Source: Minisyncoccota bacterium (GTDB lineage: Bacteria; Patescibacteriota; Minisyncoccia; Phycocordibacterales; JBAZVT01). Taken from it: DNA of 64,000 bases. The notes under the pieces were generated by a model. The model was not told the DNA's origin, did no database searches, and worked only from the letters and a program-made list of their open reading frames with translations. The translations under genes were made by a program, and so were the position numbers. The stretch lies in the NCBI GenBank assembly GCA_041660745.1, contig JBAZVT010000003.1, positions 1,880-65,879 on the forward strand, read 5' to 3'. Numbering within the stretch: position 1 is the first letter of the stretch; every line of letters starts with the position of its first letter. Positions 50,387 through 59,900 of the stretch are shown here, one piece after another.

Positions 50387-51082
50387 TTATTTTGGCTCAC
50401 CTCTTAAATCTCCAAGATCCCTGAACTCAAGCCAGTCAGAAACAATACTTTCAAAAGATGGCGCTGGAGACGAAAAGTAATCCGGAAACTCATCAGCTTT
50501 TAGTATTTTTGATTCAGGTCTTAAATTAAAGTTAATTTCCACATATTCCTTGTAACTTGAATATTTATAATTATCTAAGAAATTCTCAGCTTTTTGCATG
50601 TCCACAACCCCCCTCTCTTTCCACGCAGGATCAATAATCTTTACCGGATTTAAATGTATATATGAAACTAAATACTTTAAATATTCGTCGGTATTTGCAT
50701 GAACTGCTTTAAATCGGCTCTCAAAAAGACTTCCGGTCCGTGTATTTTTTCTATTGAAATACATTGAGTATGACGTAAGCAATTTACCCAAAAATTTACT
50801 TATACCACCTTCTTCTGTTTCTTTTAAAAGTATGTGGAAATGATTTGGCATCAAACAGTATGCGCCGACAGAAACAATACTATCTTTCTTTTGAAAATTA
50901 AAAATATCCTTAAATTCCTTCTCAATCTCCCTAAAAGTTATATTTTGAGATGTATTATAAACAAATAAACCTTTAATAAAACGTTGATAATCTCTTTCGT
51001 CCTGAAAAATAAAGCGTTTATCAACGCCTCGAGCATAAATGTGATAGTACTCTCCTACACTAAATTCGATTTTTCTTTGCAT
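50387..51082 (-). CDS. IS200/IS605-family Y1 HUH transposase, REP-associated (RAYT / TnpA_REP-like)
   Basis: HUH motif LMPNHFHILL; catalytic Tyr region YLKYLVSYIHLNP; N-terminal YHIYARGVDKRFIF. 231 aa; flanked on both sides by REP palindromes. Confidence 0.8.
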   Translation of the reverse strand: MQRKIEFSVGEYYHIYARGVDKRFIFQDERDYQRFIKGLFVYNTSQNITFREIEKEFKDIFNFQKKDSIVSVGAYCLMPNHFHILLKETEEGGISKFLGKLLTSYSMYFNRKNTRTGSLFESRFKAVHANTDEYLKYLVSYIHLNPVKIIDPAWKERGVVDMQKAENFLDNYKYSSYKEYVEINFNLRPESKILKADEFPDYFSSPAPSFESIVSDWLEFRDLGDLRGEPK

Positions 51083-51096
51083 TTTTATAAGAATAG

Positions 51097-51143
51097 AGGT
51101 TTTACATAGGACCGCCCTATGTTTTTACATAGGGCGGTCCTAT
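51097..51143. repeat. REP hairpin, partner of the 50341-50386 copy
   Basis: ACATAGGACCGCCCTATGtttttaCATAGGGCGGTCCTATGT. Confidence 0.7.
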
Positions 51144-51146
51144 GTT

Positions 51147-51329
51147 CTATCTATTGCTATTGTCTAAAGCATTAATGACAGAAGATGGGGTTGGGTTGGA
51201 AGCACGAAGATCGTTGCCGGAAACATAGCTGTTGTAAGAGAGGATGCCGGTGACGATGAGGCTTGCAAGAAGGATCGCGATAAAACTGAGGAAAAAATTG
51301 AAGAATGTTTTATCGAAGCAGTCTGACAT
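51147..51329 (-). CDS. Small hypothetical membrane protein (60 aa)
   Basis: MSDCFDKTFFNFFLSFIAILLASLIVTGILSYN. Upstream in-frame extension overlaps a REP copy and is probably non-coding. Confidence 0.3.
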   Translation of the reverse strand: MSDCFDKTFFNFFLSFIAILLASLIVTGILSYNSYVSGNDLRASNPTPSSVINALDNSNR

Positions 51330-51420
51330 TGTAATCGTATTATAACAAAGGCCTTCAGATAAGGGAAAAATGTTGCTCATAATCTGTGGATAACTCAAGA
51401 ATATATAAAATGCATACGAC

Positions 51421-51480
51421 CGCCCTATGTATGTCACGGGAAAATTCCCAACTCCCTACCCTAGGGATGTCCTATGTATA
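51421..51480. repeat. Degenerate REP-like palindrome (ACGACCGCCCTATG ... CCTATGTATACG)
   Basis: Shares the ACCGCCCTATG core and an upstream CTGTGGATAACT motif (51384-51395) with the copy at 50310-50386. Confidence 0.5.
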
Positions 51481-51506
51481 CGCCACTGAAAAAATCAGGC
51501 AAAACA

Positions 51507-51531
51507 AAAACCACCCGAAGGTGGTTTTTGT
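51507..51531. terminator. Rho-independent terminator after the PG-binding protein gene
   Basis: aaaaACCACCcgaaGGTGGTttttg. Confidence 0.55.
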
Positions 51532-51573
51532 AAATCTGTCTAGCTAAAACTAGTGCTTAGCTTAGAGGGTAGA

Positions 51574-53454
51574 TTATTTAAGTCTTGATACTTCTGTATC
51601 AATGTCATTCAAGCCAGCTACGTATGATGTTGCGGCTGAAGTAACTGCATCACTGAAGTTAACTTCTGCAAGCTTAACACCTACATAGTTTGTTGATGAT
51701 GTTGCACCGTTCTCAACAGTAACCTTCAAAGTGAATGTTTCTGTCTGTCCCTCTTGAACGAGGTATGAGCCACCGGTCAAATCAGCATCTGAACTGAGAT
51801 CACTTGAAACTGTTGAACCTGAAATTGGGTTAACAATTGCAAACTGAACGCCAGTTGAAGTTGCTGTTGTTGTTGCACCCTTGAGGATGTAAGCATCTTC
51901 ACCAAATGATGTAACACTGAACTTGATTGTGTATTCGTTTCCAAATACTGTTTCTGAGTCGTTAGAAGCAACAACTGAAGTGCTGACTTCCTTGACTGAG
52001 ATACCATTTACGTAGAATGTCATAGTTTCACCGTTTGCAGAACCTGAAACTGAAACTACATCACCCTGAACGTTTTCAACGTCGAAGTCGTTTGAAACTC
52101 CAACAGAGACTTCTGCAGCATCACCGTTTGCGAATGTTGCATCGTCTGTGTCATTGAGGTCAACTTTAACAGTCAAAGTAACTGTATCATCTTCGTCAAT
52201 TGAAAGATCGAGATCTTCAAACAATACTTCACCTGAAGCATTAGCTGAAGCGATAGTTACAGAATCAAGAAGATCTGAACCGTCGTAAAGGTAAACTTTC
52301 TTGAACATACCTGTGATTGTACTTGTTGCACCTGAAGTTGTTGCAATAACAACTGGGATTTCATTAACAACCATATCTCCATCGTTTGCCTTGAGCTTGA
52401 AGACAAGAGCTGTAACATCTGTTGTGTCATCAGACTCGTCAACTTCAATACTCTGAGCGTCTGGATTTGAAGTTGCTTCACTTACAACGAGATCCTCACC
52501 TGAGAGGCCAGCAACATCAAAGGTTTCAACTGTACCCTCGAGGTCTGTCTGAGATCCAGCAACCTTACTGTAGGTATCACTGATTCCAGCACCATCAACT
52601 GCGCGGATTCCACTTACTGGAATTGCAACAGTCCATGTTGTACCTTCGTCATCTCCGTCAACGTTCTCAACTGCAGTAACCTCAACAAAGAGTTCTGCAA
52701 CTTCATCTGCTTTTACAACACCACTAAGGCCTGTAAAGCGGAATGAGTATACATCACTGTCTTCGTCTGCTTCTGAAGCATCCATAGTGTCAATGGTCTT
52801 ACCATCAAGGACGAGAGCTACTGAGTCAATGTATCGTGTCAAACGATCTGATGCACCTGTAGCAACTGTTGTTGCTTTGAAGTCAACATCAATACGTGAA
52901 ATAACGATATCTGAATCTTTTGCTTCAACCTCAAGACCGAGAACCTGAACATCTTCGTCACCTTCTTCAATTGATGAATCAACTGAAAGTGTGTCATTGA
53001 TGTCAAGAGAACCTTCTTCGCCAGATGTTGTTACAACTGGTGTTGTTGGTGTTCCTGGTGTAACTACAACTGGAGCTGCAACATTCAATGCTGCGCGGGT
53101 CAAAGGACCAACGTAACCTGTTGCACTGATTCCCTTTGTAGCTTGGTATGCCTGTACAGCTGCTTTGGTGATAGCACCGAAGTAACCTGTAGCTGGTGTA
53201 ACACCGAGCTTTGCCTGGAGAGCTGAAACATCAGCACCTCGTGAGCCTACAGTAAGATCTGTTGAGTAAACATATCCTGCTGGTGTTGATACTGTTGAAC
53301 CACTAAGCTGGGCGATCTGGGCCTGGAGCTGAGCGATCATTGCGTTCAAAGCTGCAATGTCTGTTGTCTGTGCCTTTGCTACTGGAGCGAAGACAAGACC
53401 AAGGACGATAGCAACTGCCGCAACTACTGCGAACAATTTTGTTGTTTTTGTCAT
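51574..53454 (-). CDS. Secreted protein with two N-terminal peptidoglycan-binding (PG_binding_1) domains and a long Thr/Val/Asp-rich beta-rich repeat region
   Basis: Signal peptide MTKTTKLFAVVAAVAIVLGLVFAPVAKA (ATG at complement 53454). PG-binding repeats GSRGADVSALQAKLGV...GYFGAITKAAVQAYQATKGISATGYVGPLTRAAL. Confidence 0.8.
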   Translation of the reverse strand: MTKTTKLFAVVAAVAIVLGLVFAPVAKAQTTDIAALNAMIAQLQAQIAQLSGSTVSTPAGYVYSTDLTVGSRGADVSALQAKLGVTPATGYFGAITKAAVQAYQATKGISATGYVGPLTRAALNVAAPVVVTPGTPTTPVVTTSGEEGSLDINDTLSVDSSIEEGDEDVQVLGLEVEAKDSDIVISRIDVDFKATTVATGASDRLTRYIDSVALVLDGKTIDTMDASEADEDSDVYSFRFTGLSGVVKADEVAELFVEVTAVENVDGDDEGTTWTVAIPVSGIRAVDGAGISDTYSKVAGSQTDLEGTVETFDVAGLSGEDLVVSEATSNPDAQSIEVDESDDTTDVTALVFKLKANDGDMVVNEIPVVIATTSGATSTITGMFKKVYLYDGSDLLDSVTIASANASGEVLFEDLDLSIDEDDTVTLTVKVDLNDTDDATFANGDAAEVSVGVSNDFDVENVQGDVVSVSGSANGETMTFYVNGISVKEVSTSVVASNDSETVFGNEYTIKFSVTSFGEDAYILKGATTTATSTGVQFAIVNPISGSTVSSDLSSDADLTGGSYLVQEGQTETFTLKVTVENGATSSTNYVGVKLAEVNFSDAVTSAATSYVAGLNDIDTEVSRLK

Positions 53455-53555
53455 ATAGTAATGAATTCTAATAAATGAGTATTTGTGCAAGACACGTTAC
53501 TTAATAAAAAGGTGTGTTCACACAACTACTGTAATAAATTTCACGATCGTACTAT

Positions 53556-53573
53556 ATATAGTACGTTAGTGAA
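53556..53573. promoter_or_regulatory. Perfect 18-bp palindrome CGTACTATATATAGTACG ~100 bp upstream of the PG-binding protein start; candidate operator or promoter element
   Basis: Perfect dyad symmetry with central TATATATA. Confidence 0.3.
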
Positions 53574-53814
53574 CCTAATAATGCGTCATCACTCTTGCGA
53601 GCGACAACAAACTACACATTCACTAATCTCGGGGGCTTTATTACTCAACCGCCCCAGGTGGACAAAAGAATTTATTCATTCGTCCACGCGAGGCAGTTAA
53701 ATCGACACAAAGCTTTTACGAGTTTAGGTGATGAAAGTAGGTCTGAGTTCTATCGGAAGCAACCATGTCTGAAGAAGTGTACGGGAATGTCTTTTAGACT
53801 GGGAATAAGAAATC

Positions 53815-53886
53815 CTGGATTGCTTCGGATGATTACATCCTCGCAAAGACAGAAACTGGATCCCCGCATCCGCGAGGATGACAGAG
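53815..53886. repeat. Palindromic repeat, family 1 (CTGGATTGCTTCGG ... CCTCGCAAAGACAG + GGATCCCCGCATCCGCGAGGATGACAG)
   Basis: Arms shared with 43118, 55771 and 61593 copies. Confidence 0.55.
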
Positions 53887-54251
53887 AAAAGATGTCTTAA
53901 TTCAAAGTCTTACTGCGCTATTTAATTGTCAAAGGTCTATCGTATTATCCACCCTCTCTGTAACATCTTACGAACACCGCGTGTATTCGTTACATGCCTT
54001 CATTAACTTTCTATCTGTAATGTGGACGTACCATGAAGATACATCTACTGGATAATTATATTCCTTATACAGGTACACTGCAAAGGATACTGTGGATAAC
54101 TTCTAAAAAATCCCGCACGGGACACATCTAGAAGTGGGTATAAGTATAGTCTTTTTATGAAGAAAGTCAATGAAGAAAAGGATTAAAAAGTAATTATGTG
54201 GCTAAAAGCATACGTATTTAGTATGAGTATAAGGAGGTAAAAGAATGCTAA

Positions 54252-54300
54252 AAACAGAGGCTTAGCCTTTTTGAAGATCCAAGGCTAAGCCTCTGTTTTT
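54252..54300. repeat. Palindromic repeat, family 4 (ACAGAGGCTTAGCC ... GGCTAAGCCTCTGT)
   Basis: Three copies: 54252-54300, 54562-54608, 63516-63563. Confidence 0.6.
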
Positions 54301-54358
54301 AAAAGAAAAAAGGAGAAGGTTAAATCATAGACTGTTCTCTACTACACAAAAAGCCACA

Positions 54359-54428
54359 TGTCATTCCCACGAAGGCGGGAATCTGGATTTGCATTGAACC
54401 TGGATTCCCGCCTTCGCGGGAATGACAG
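54359..54428. repeat. Long near-perfect inverted repeat, family 1 variant (GTCATTCCCACGAAGGCGGGAATCTGGAT ... TGGATTCCCGCCTTCGCGGGAATGACAG)
   Basis: ~26-bp arms around a 17-bp spacer. Confidence 0.6.
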
Positions 54429-54561
54429 AGAGGAGGACAAAAAAGATATTAGAAGGCTCGCAAAGACAGGAGAGGAAAAAAGCAAAGACAAAAGTCCGAC
54501 CTTTTTGCAGTAAAAAGGTCGGACTTTTGGAAAGACGAGATATGAAAGAAAATATGAAAAT

Positions 54562-54608
54562 ACAGAGGCTAAGCCTTTCTGGGGATTTAAGGCTTAGCCT
54601 CTGTATTT
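54562..54608. repeat. Palindromic repeat, family 4 copy; likely terminator of the wHTH gene
   Basis: TACAGAGGCTAAGCCtttctggggatttaaGGCTTAGCCTCTGTAttt. Confidence 0.55.
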
Positions 54609-54618
54609 ATTTTGTCCT

Positions 54619-55506
54619 TTAAGCGAACGCGAGAGAGTATGTACTCCAACGGCGTTCCCCTTCTTTCTTAAGGACACCTTCGGCAACAAGGGCGAGAAGC
54701 TCGCGTTGGAGAGTTTTCTCACTACACCCCTTCACCACATCAGCAATATCTTTCACACTAACTTTACTCTTTCTGGTTACAAGGGCGAGAATTGCAGTAA
54801 CACGTTTTGTCTTCTTTTCCTCCACAGGAGACACATGAGCTGGTCGTGCCGGAGCTATATTTTGAGTAAATGTCTTTTTGACAGAAGTGGACGATGAAAC
54901 AAACGGAGCCTCTGCAGGTCGAGATTGTTCACGAGATATAAAGGACACTTTTTGTGAGGGCATAAAGTTGTCTTTTATAACTTTTCTTTCTTCCTCTCGG
55001 ACGGCTGACACATCTGCGTGCGTGGAATTTATTTCTGGTTTTTTTACATGGAAAAATGATTCCCCAAATGCCATCGGATTCACTCCAATAGTTTCAGAGG
55101 CCTCTTTCTTGTCCACAAGATTTATAAGTGCTGTAAACTCCCGTAAAAGTATCGTGTGGTTCATCGGACTAATGAGTCCAGCGGTATGTGCTATTTCTAC
55201 GAGCGTTGCAAGATGGGTAATTCCCTTCTTCACACTTACAAGCGAAAACCCTGAACCTGTTCCTGAGATGGACATAGCCGTGAGAATGTCTGAGAGAATT
55301 GTTGACGATGCGGAGCGCATATTCCACTTCATCGGCTCATTGTCCGAGAAGAAATTTGTAATGAGGTAGAGTGCAGTAGCGAGACGTTCTGTCTTTTTGT
55401 ATATAAAAGCAGATCCAGCATCACCATTAAAGACACTTAAAGAAACCTCTTTCTTTTCAGGGGTATTTTGTACGGCTGTATTCTGGATGTCTTTTTGATT
55501 ATCCAT
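54619..55506 (-). CDS. Hypothetical DNA-binding protein with C-terminal winged helix-turn-helix
   Basis: C-terminal KRVTAILALVTRKSKVSVKDIADVVKGCSEKTLQRELLALVAEGVLKKEGERRWSTYSL (wHTH). N-terminal ~200 aa unassigned. Flanked by long repeat-rich non-coding DNA. Confidence 0.55.
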   Translation of the reverse strand: MDNQKDIQNTAVQNTPEKKEVSLSVFNGDAGSAFIYKKTERLATALYLITNFFSDNEPMKWNMRSASSTILSDILTAMSISGTGSGFSLVSVKKGITHLATLVEIAHTAGLISPMNHTILLREFTALINLVDKKEASETIGVNPMAFGESFFHVKKPEINSTHADVSAVREEERKVIKDNFMPSQKVSFISREQSRPAEAPFVSSSTSVKKTFTQNIAPARPAHVSPVEEKKTKRVTAILALVTRKSKVSVKDIADVVKGCSEKTLQRELLALVAEGVLKKEGERRWSTYSLAFA

Positions 55507-55770
55507 AGTATTGTCTTTTATGTATTAAACGTACCTTCTAAAGTGTCCTTTATAGCACTTCCTTCCCGAGACATTTGTAATGGACATTAGTATACACCTG
55601 ACCCCAGAAATTGCAATAGGTCAAAGAATTGCAATGTCTTTTATATGTCTTTGAACATGTTTATACGGCGAAGTACGGGGATAAAAACGGTGGATAACAT
55701 TGTAGTTACTATAAGACGAACGTGATATAATAAGAGAAGTATAAGGAAGGGTGTGAGAAAGAGAAAAATA

Positions 55771-55903
55771 CTGGATTGCTTCGGAATACCTCGCAACTAG
55801 AGCACCTGATACCCGCGAGCGGTAAAGACAGAATGGAAAAGGTAGGAGAAAATAGAGGAACAAAGACTGGATTGCCACGTCGGCAACCTCCTCGCAATGA
55901 CAG
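55771..55903. repeat. Composite family 1 repeat (two CTGGATTGC...CTCGCAA(T/C)...GACAGAATGGAAAAG units) upstream of ftsK
   Basis: Tandem half-units at 55771-55835 and 55868-55903. Confidence 0.55.
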
Positions 55904-55939
55904 AATGGAAAAGACAAAAAACATAAAAACTAAACTATC

Positions 55940-58297
55940 ATGGCACGAGAAAAATTAGAAAAAGAAACACGAACAGAGCGCGAGGAACGTGGCGAGAAAT
56001 TTGAACGTTCCCAAAGAAAACAGAAAAAACAACGTGGTGTTTTTCGAGACCTCCAAGACGAGACCCGTCAGCATGTCTGGGGGATCGTATTTTTTGTTAT
56101 TGGAATTTTTCTCATTTTGGCAGCATTCGGCGGCAGCGATAGTAACCTCGCAGGACGAGCTGGTGGATTCTTCTATGGGACATTTCACACCCTACTCGGT
56201 ATCGGTTATTACATGATTCCCCTTCTCATGTTCATGCTCGGCATATCTTTTATGAAAGCTATGGAGAGAAGTTTTGCACTTACAAAAACTATTGGTGCGG
56301 TAATCTTCTTCCTCTCTTCTCTCGGAACAATTGGCACTATCGGTATCATTGTTGATGATCGCATCGGTGGCATCCTCGGATATTATGTTGCCCTACCCCT
56401 TGTCGGACTTTTTGATATTTATGCGACGCTCATCTTCCTCCTCGCACTCGTCGGTATTTCTTGTCTCATCATATTTGATACACACATCAACTTCAGCACC
56501 TTTGCTTTCGTAAAAAGAATGTTTGCACGGAAAGAAAAAGTACTCTCTGCAGAATTGGATACCGAGGAGGAGAAAAAGGCAGATGCAGCTATTGCTGTTG
56601 AGATGAAAAAAGTAGAAGAAAAGCCAGAACAAGCAGCCCAGAAAAAAGCACCTCTCGGAAAGATAGATGATAAAGATTTTTCTGTCTCTCAGAGGCACTT
56701 TGCCCTTGGGGTAAAGTTCATCCCTCCCCCGCTCTCCCTGCTGGAACGAGATAAAGGGAAACCAGAAGTTGGTGATATCAAAGCACAAGCAAACATCATC
56801 AAGCGTTGTTTACAGAATTTCGGCATCACTGTGGAAATGGACGAAATCTCTATCGGACCAACTGTCACACGATACGCACTCAAACCCGCAGAAGGTGTGA
56901 AACTTTCAAAGATAGTCTCACTCCAAAACGACCTATCTCTAGCTCTCGCTGCCCACCCCATCCGTATTGAAGCACCTATCCCCGGCAAGTCGCTCGTAGG
57001 TGTTGAAATACCAAACGTTACCAAAACCATGGTTGGTCTTGGATCCATGTTTGCTATGCCAGAATTCTTGGAATCACCAAAACCAATGCTTGTATCTATC
57101 GGTCGCGGTATTTCTGGAGCATCGCATTTCTCCGACTTGGCAAAAATGCCCCACCTCCTTGTTGCTGGTGCTACCGGTTCCGGTAAGTCTGTGACCATCC
57201 ACACACTCATCACTTCGCTTCTCTACCGCAACTCACCAGAAGACATGAAATTCATTATGATTGACCCGAAGCGTGTGGAACTTACTCTCTACAACAAAAT
57301 CCCCCACCTCCTTACCCCCGTTATTACTGATGCGAAGAAAACTATTCTATCTCTGAAGTGGGCAGCTAAAGAAATGGACCGACGCTATGATGTGTTGCAG
57401 ATTGAAAAGTGTAGAGATATAAACTCGTACCACAAGAACATCCTCGGTCCCGCCATGAAGAAATATGAGGAAAAGCTAGCAAAAGGAACCGTAAGCGAGG
57501 AGGACCAGAAAAAGATGCCTGAGACGATGCCTTACATCGTGATTATTATAGACGAGCTCGCAGACCTCATGCAGGCATACCCACGAGAACTGGAATCAGC
57601 GATCGTCCGCCTCGCACAAATGAGTCGTGCTGTTGGTATTCATCTCATTATTTCCACACAACGTCCATCTGTAAACGTTATCACCGGTCTTATCAAAGCA
57701 AACATTCCGACTCGTATTGCTCTTCAGGTGGCTAGTCAGATAGATTCACGCACAATTTTAGATATGGGAGGTGCCGAAGAATTGCTCGGCGCCGGAGATA
57801 TGTTGTATCTCTCCCCTGATATTTCCAAACCAATCCGCGTACAGTGTCCGTTCATATCTGAAAGCGAGGTTAAAAAGGTAGTGGATCATGTTGCGGAACA
57901 ATACGCAGGATCAATTCCAAGCGAAATTAACTTTAGTGAAGAACAACAAAAAAATGCCCTCTTTGACGCACAGCTCGACGAAGTAGCTGATATGGAAGAC
58001 GAGGACGAACTCTATGAAGAGGCTCGAGAGATTGTTATTGCATCACATAAAGCATCTACTTCATTTCTTCAGCGAAAGCTGGGGGTTGGATATGCTCGCG
58101 CGGCAAAACTTATTGATTCACTGGAAGCACGCGGTGTCGTGGGTCCTGGAAACGGATCTAAGGCTCGTGATGTCCTGGAAAGTGCCCCTCAAGGCATTGG
58201 GGAGGACTTTGCAGCAGCAAGTGCAGAAGCAGCACGAGAAGATGCTAGATCTGGTGGTAATACAGATACAGAAGAAGAAGAGGCTAAAACGTTTTGA
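55940..58297 (+). CDS. ftsK: DNA translocase FtsK (N-terminal 4-TM domain, linker, RecA-like motor, gamma domain)
   Basis: Walker A LVAGATGSGKSV; Walker B IVIIIDELADLM; gamma-domain wHTH (ASTSFLQRKLGVGYARAAKLIDSLEARGVV). Confidence 0.9.
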   Translation: MAREKLEKETRTEREERGEKFERSQRKQKKQRGVFRDLQDETRQHVWGIVFFVIGIFLILAAFGGSDSNLAGRAGGFFYGTFHTLLGIGYYMIPLLMFMLGISFMKAMERSFALTKTIGAVIFFLSSLGTIGTIGIIVDDRIGGILGYYVALPLVGLFDIYATLIFLLALVGISCLIIFDTHINFSTFAFVKRMFARKEKVLSAELDTEEEKKADAAIAVEMKKVEEKPEQAAQKKAPLGKIDDKDFSVSQRHFALGVKFIPPPLSLLERDKGKPEVGDIKAQANIIKRCLQNFGITVEMDEISIGPTVTRYALKPAEGVKLSKIVSLQNDLSLALAAHPIRIEAPIPGKSLVGVEIPNVTKTMVGLGSMFAMPEFLESPKPMLVSIGRGISGASHFSDLAKMPHLLVAGATGSGKSVTIHTLITSLLYRNSPEDMKFIMIDPKRVELTLYNKIPHLLTPVITDAKKTILSLKWAAKEMDRRYDVLQIEKCRDINSYHKNILGPAMKKYEEKLAKGTVSEEDQKKMPETMPYIVIIIDELADLMQAYPRELESAIVRLAQMSRAVGIHLIISTQRPSVNVITGLIKANIPTRIALQVASQIDSRTILDMGGAEELLGAGDMLYLSPDISKPIRVQCPFISESEVKKVVDHVAEQYAGSIPSEINFSEEQQKNALFDAQLDEVADMEDEDELYEEAREIVIASHKASTSFLQRKLGVGYARAAKLIDSLEARGVVGPGNGSKARDVLESAPQGIGEDFAAASAEAAREDARSGGNTDTEEEEAKTF

Positions 58298-58397
58298 TTA
58301 CAAAACATTCGCCCAGGGAAAAAGATTATTAATCGGTCGGAGATTAACCAACACATCTATGAGGATAGAAAACAACAGAGGAAAAATTATTTTGAAA

Positions 58398-58716
58398 ATG
58401 AGCGTTGTTATTGTTGTTATCCTGGGCGTTGCTGGATATTGCTACCATCAATCCTCAAGACTCATAGATGGGCCTCAGGTCACCATCATCTCCCCTCTCA
58501 ACGGCTCAAGCTCTTCATCACCTCTTACAGAAATTGTTGGTATCGCCAAAAAATATTTCAAAAATCACACTCAACGATCGCCAAATTTTTATTGATGATA
58601 ATGGGAACTTTAGTGAACGGCTTTTATTATCAGATGGGTATAATATTTTAAAGATTGACGCTCAAGATAAGTTTGGAAAGAAAACGGAAAAAAAGATAGA
58701 AATCGTTAGAATTTAA
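58398..58716 (+). pseudogene. Possible frameshifted small gene (N-terminal TM + Ig-like fragment) between ftsK and recA
   Basis: Two overlapping reading frames (58398-58595 and 58468-58716) each carry half of a plausible small anchored protein (MSVVIVVILGVAGYCY... / ...YNILKIDAQDKFGKKTEKKIEIVRI). Either a real frameshift or a sequence error. Confidence 0.25.
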
Positions 58717-58743
58717 TACAATTAATAATAAAAGGAAATTTTT

Positions 58744-59820
58744 ATGGTGAAGAAAGAAAAAAAGGAAGCTAATTCAGGAGTGCGAGAAATCGAAGCGGCT
58801 ATTGCAGAAATCAAAACGAAATTTGGCGATGAATCAATCATGCGTCTCGGCGAAAGACCTCATGTGGATGTAGATGTAATCCCCACAGGCTCTATTGGTC
58901 TCGATGCGGCGCTTGGTGTCGGAGGTCTTCCGCGCGGAAGAATTGTTGAAATATTTGGTCCAGAATCATCTGGTAAGACTACCCTCGCCCTTCATGTCGT
59001 GGCAGAGGCTCAAAAGAAAGGCGGTGTCTGTGCATATATTGATGCAGAACACGCAATGGATCCAGAATACGCAACTAAACTTGGTGTTAATATCGACAAC
59101 CTCCTCCTCTCTCAACCAGATACGGGCGAACAGGGTCTTGATATTGTGGACAGTCTAGTCAGAACAGGAAAAATCGATGTTATTGTCATAGACTCAGTCG
59201 CAGCACTCACACCAAAAGACGAAATTGAGGGAGAAATGGGCGCATACCATGTCGGCAAACAAGCTCGCCTTATGTCACAAGCTCTCCGCAAGCTCACTGG
59301 TATCGTTGCAAAAAGCAAAACCATTGTCATTTTCATTAACCAGATCCGCATGCAAATCGGTGTGATGTTTGGCAACCCAGAAACAACACCGGGAGGAAAG
59401 GCCTTAAAATTCTACACCTCCATACGTATTGATATCAGAAAAATAGCTCAGATCAAGAAAGGAGAAGAAATCATGGGAAGCCGTGTCCGCGTAAAAGTGG
59501 TCAAAAACAAGGTGGCTGCCCCATTCAGGCAGACCGAGTTCGATCTTATGTACAACGAAGGTATCTCTATTGAAGGTGAGATCCTCGCTCTCGGAGAAAA
59601 AATGGGCATGATTTCAAAGAGTGGTGGTGCTTCCTATACCTATGGTGAAATGAAACTTGGACGTGGCTATGACGCAACACGAACATTCCTCCGCACCAAT
59701 CCAAAAATAAAAGACGAAATCCTCGGCAAGATTCGCAACGAGCTCAAAGAAGGTAAAATTATGACCGTTGGAAAAACAAAAGAAGAAGTGGAGGATGAGA
59801 AGGAAGAAGAGCCAAGCTAA
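58744..59820 (+). CDS. recA: Recombinase RecA
   Basis: Walker [11 protein letters not shown]1/L2 loops; [29 protein letters not shown]. Confidence 0.95.
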   Translation: MVKKEKKEANSGVREIEAAIAEIKTKFGDESIMRLGERPHVDVDVIPTGSIGLDAALGVGGLPRGRIVEIFGPESSGKTTLALHVVAEAQKKGGVCAYIDAEHAMDPEYATKLGVNIDNLLLSQPDTGEQGLDIVDSLVRTGKIDVIVIDSVAALTPKDEIEGEMGAYHVGKQARLMSQALRKLTGIVAKSKTIVIFINQIRMQIGVMFGNPETTPGGKALKFYTSIRIDIRKIAQIKKGEEIMGSRVRVKVVKNKVAAPFRQTEFDLMYNEGISIEGEILALGEKMGMISKSGGASYTYGEMKLGRGYDATRTFLRTNPKIKDEILGKIRNELKEGKIMTVGKTKEEVEDEKEEEPS

Positions 59821-59900
59821 GATACCGCACACTACTTAAAAATAGACAAAAACGGCCAATTAGCATAGAATTGCGAGGTTACTATAATATAAAAGGCACA

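Noticed and set aside
50310-55700. Four (C/G)TGTGGATAAC-like DnaA-box sequences in one orientation; considered calling a chromosomal replication origin
   Set aside because: They are spread over >5 kb rather than clustered within a few hundred bp. Two are integral parts of the REP-flanking repeat unit. No dnaA/dnaN gene is nearby and I cannot compute GC skew here. Kept only as a low-weight observation inside findings.
55940-58297. FtsK/SpoIIIE-family gene next to an HTH protein and repeats; considered a conjugative TraB-like translocase of an integrated element
   Set aside because: The protein has the full chromosomal FtsK architecture, including the C-terminal gamma wHTH domain, and sits with recA/efp housekeeping genes. 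No relaxase or integrase is nearby.
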